From: Eledone cirrhosa
Taxonomy: Eukaryota
Length of the DNA stretch: 64,000 nucleotides
Assembly: GCA_964016885.1 (NCBI GenBank)
Contig: CAXHJY010000866.1
Location: forward strand, 58,137 to 122,136
Reading direction: 5' to 3'
In this document: in pieces, positions 61,479 to 64,000 of the stretch
Position numbering within the stretch: the first letter of the stretch is position 1
Layout of the letters: each line of letters starts with the position of its first letter
Notes under the pieces: generated by a model
Told to the model about the DNA's origin: nothing
Seen by the model: only the letters and a program-made list of their open reading frames with translations
The model's database searches: none
Position numbers and translations under genes: made by a program

Positions 61479-62427
61479 TCTATATATATATAAAACTGTG
61501 GTTGTCTGTCTGTCTATGGATTTTTGGCACACATCTCCTCTTAGAATCTCTCACGGAATTGCACCGAAATTGCTATACTTGTACATTGAGCCCTAGCGAA
61601 GACATCGGAAAAAAAATATTTCAAATTGACCCACCCTATGTGACGAAATCGAATATAATGTATCGATTTTTGAGCGTAAGTTATCAGTTATTTCCCTTTG
61701 TTCTGTTTACATTGAGCGTCTTACGTAAACAATTACGCTGGCTTTCTCAGCGTTTAAAATGACATTAACACAATACACGAACAGTTGTCGAGCCAGCAAA
61801 ATATTGACCTGCAAAATTCACCAGTTCGAACACTAAGCTTCCGTTTTGCTTCATTTCCATTTAAAATCATTTTAAAACAATATTTTTACTTGAAAACAAG
61901 TCTATTTAAAGACTACGTAAAACAAGCAAATATTTCGTCGTTAGGCGTGCAGACAAACAGTCGTGCAGACAGACAGTCGTGCAGAGAGGTGATATAGGCG
62001 TGCAGACAGACAGTCGTGCAGAGAGGTGATATAGGCGTGCAGACAGACAGTCGTGCAGAGAGGTGATATAGGCGTGCAGACAGACAGTCGTGCAGAGAGG
62101 TGATATAGGCGTGCAGACAGACATAACTGATAATTTGGTTACGCTAATGTTTTTATCTGCGTTGCAGTGTTTACATTTTCGATCTTTGTTAATAAATAAC
62201 CAGTGCAGTTTCTATCCCCAGCATCCTCTTTTGTTATAACATTCGGGTTATCGTTATGTTTTCTTAACTTCATAAGGCATATTGTTGGTTGAGGGAATAT
62301 TAATCAAAAACACCACATGCAAGTCTGCACAGTAGACACTACAGTTTTTAAGCAAGAAAGAAACTTAACATTGTAACTTTAACACAGCTACTGAGCGACC
62401 CCGAGCAACGCCGGGCTTTACTGCTAG
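61479..62427 (+). mobile_element. non-autonomous Helitron with internal 37-bp tandem repeat (61943-62122)
   Basis: A|TCtatatatatataaaactgtggttgtctgtctgtc ... cccgagcaacgccggg hairpin, then CTAG|T. Confidence 0.8.
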
Positions 62428-63443
62428 TATATAATATATAAATATCATGATCATGTGTTTCCGTAGAGCAAACAATGGAACACTCATCGTTGAAACCGGA
62501 GTTCTATCCCAATATACAACTTATAGACTTTTCAATTACAATATAGACTTTTATTTATTTATTTTTCGTCACATCGGTACTCATGTCATTCATTCGTTTA
62601 AATCCTTTATACACGTATTTCCACGTGTTTTATTGCGTTATCAAACTGAATGACAATCGAGTAAAATGACAAATATAAATTCTATTGAATTGAAATAAAT
62701 TGGAAACTTAAAAACCAAATAAGTTTTTCTTTTCAAAGATTATTTTTAATTTGTCGATTAAAAATACAAACACAATTATAAATGAGATAATTGTGTCCTG
62801 ATGGATAGAAGTAAAGTAATAAGAAGACTATAAATATTCTTGAATTGAAATTATGGTATTTTAATTAGGTTTGAGACATAAACAGATGGGAACCTAGAAA
62901 CGAATGTTATTTTTCTTTACCAAATTAATTGTTACGAATATAACTATTAAATATCTACGGTCTGTGAACACCTCGAAAATTGTATACACATGACGAAGAG
63001 GCATTGTAATTTTCTCTTTTATGATGTTTATTTATAAATTATTAAATAAAAGCTTTTGATTTCTGTTTTCGTCTGGTTAATATTCTATATTTCAATATTA
63101 TATCTGTAGACGCAGTCACATATACACATACAAATGATGAAGCAGTGATACACACATATATACACAACTACGCACACATGACCACACGCACAAAGAGACG
63201 CATATCGAGAAAGCAAATTACGAGAGACACTGTGTCATCGTGAGGATTAAAGGCACGAAGTCCTTTTATTATGATTTTCAACTAATGATTGTAAAGTCGA
63301 AGGCTTGGTTACCGTCGGTGCGTTAAGGCCCCAATCAGTGCATTTTATTTCACATTGCTCCAATCAACTCAGTTGCCCGAAAATATACACATACATACAT
63401 ACATTCATACATACATACATTTATATACACGCATATATATATT

Positions 63444-63520
<77 letters not shown>

Positions 63521-63552
63521 GAAAACACAGGTAAGCATTATATAGTTAGTCC

Positions 63553-63585
<33 letters not shown>

Positions 63586-63727
63586 ACCATAAGTGAAGTC
63601 CGACGACCTTTTGATTCCAGAGTCGGGCCTGATTGATACCGATCGAAGATTGTGCTGATGTTCAATCACGAAATGCGCGTCACACATCAATAGATGTGAT
63701 GAAGATCTAACAACAGGACCTTTTTAT

Positions 63728-63785
<58 letters not shown>

Positions 63786-63883
63786 CATACAAGGGTCACA
63801 AAAATGTATACACACATTCATTACCTCTACAGGAATTATTTATTAGAATACTGTCGAAGTGTGTATACTTTTTGGGGACATCC

Positions 63884-63916
<33 letters not shown>

Positions 63917-63929
63917 CTATGTATATATG

Positions 63930-64000
63930 ATGTTAGAAAAACCACAGACCCTCCATCTCAACTCTACTTTTGAAAAACAGAAGAACTGCGTCACCGGTAA
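63930..64000 (+). mobile_element. degenerate copy of the Penelope terminal repeat/hammerhead seen at 42780-42840
   Basis: agaaaaaccacagaccctccatctcaactctacttTTGAAAAacagaagaactgcgtcaccggta. The GAAA box is mutated. Confidence 0.7.

Noticed and set aside
63590-63685. CCGACGA ... tcaatcac-GAAA-tgcgcg-TC island between TA tracts
   Set aside because: Helix I is only 2 bp and the helix II junction is non-canonical. Too weak to call.

Overview
This is a very AT-rich, repeat-saturated eukaryotic genomic window. The microsatellite load and SINE types suggest octopus or another coleoid cephalopod, but that is inference only. No host protein-coding gene can be supported: nearly all predicted ORFs are translations of (TA)n/(CA)n microsatellites. 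Real coding signal is limited to decayed retroelements: four Penelope-like (RT + GIY-YIG) fragments and one R4/Dong-like RLE LINE inserted in a (TAA)n tract. The window also holds non-autonomous RTE derivatives, two tRNA-derived SINE families, three non-autonomous Helitrons, Tc1/mariner MITEs and minisatellites. The dominant unexplained structure is about 20 minimal hammerhead-ribozyme motifs carried by Penelope terminal repeats and short fold-back elements embedded in TA tracts. These include U3-A8 covariant and C4 core variants and a ~594-bp tandem/inverted retrozyme-like unit. The most striking locus is a fold-back hammerhead element at ~49.1-49.5 kb. Both arms carry dense same-strand A-to-G changes with ADAR-like neighbour bias, so it looks like a hyper-edited dsRNA that was reverse-transcribed back into the genome.
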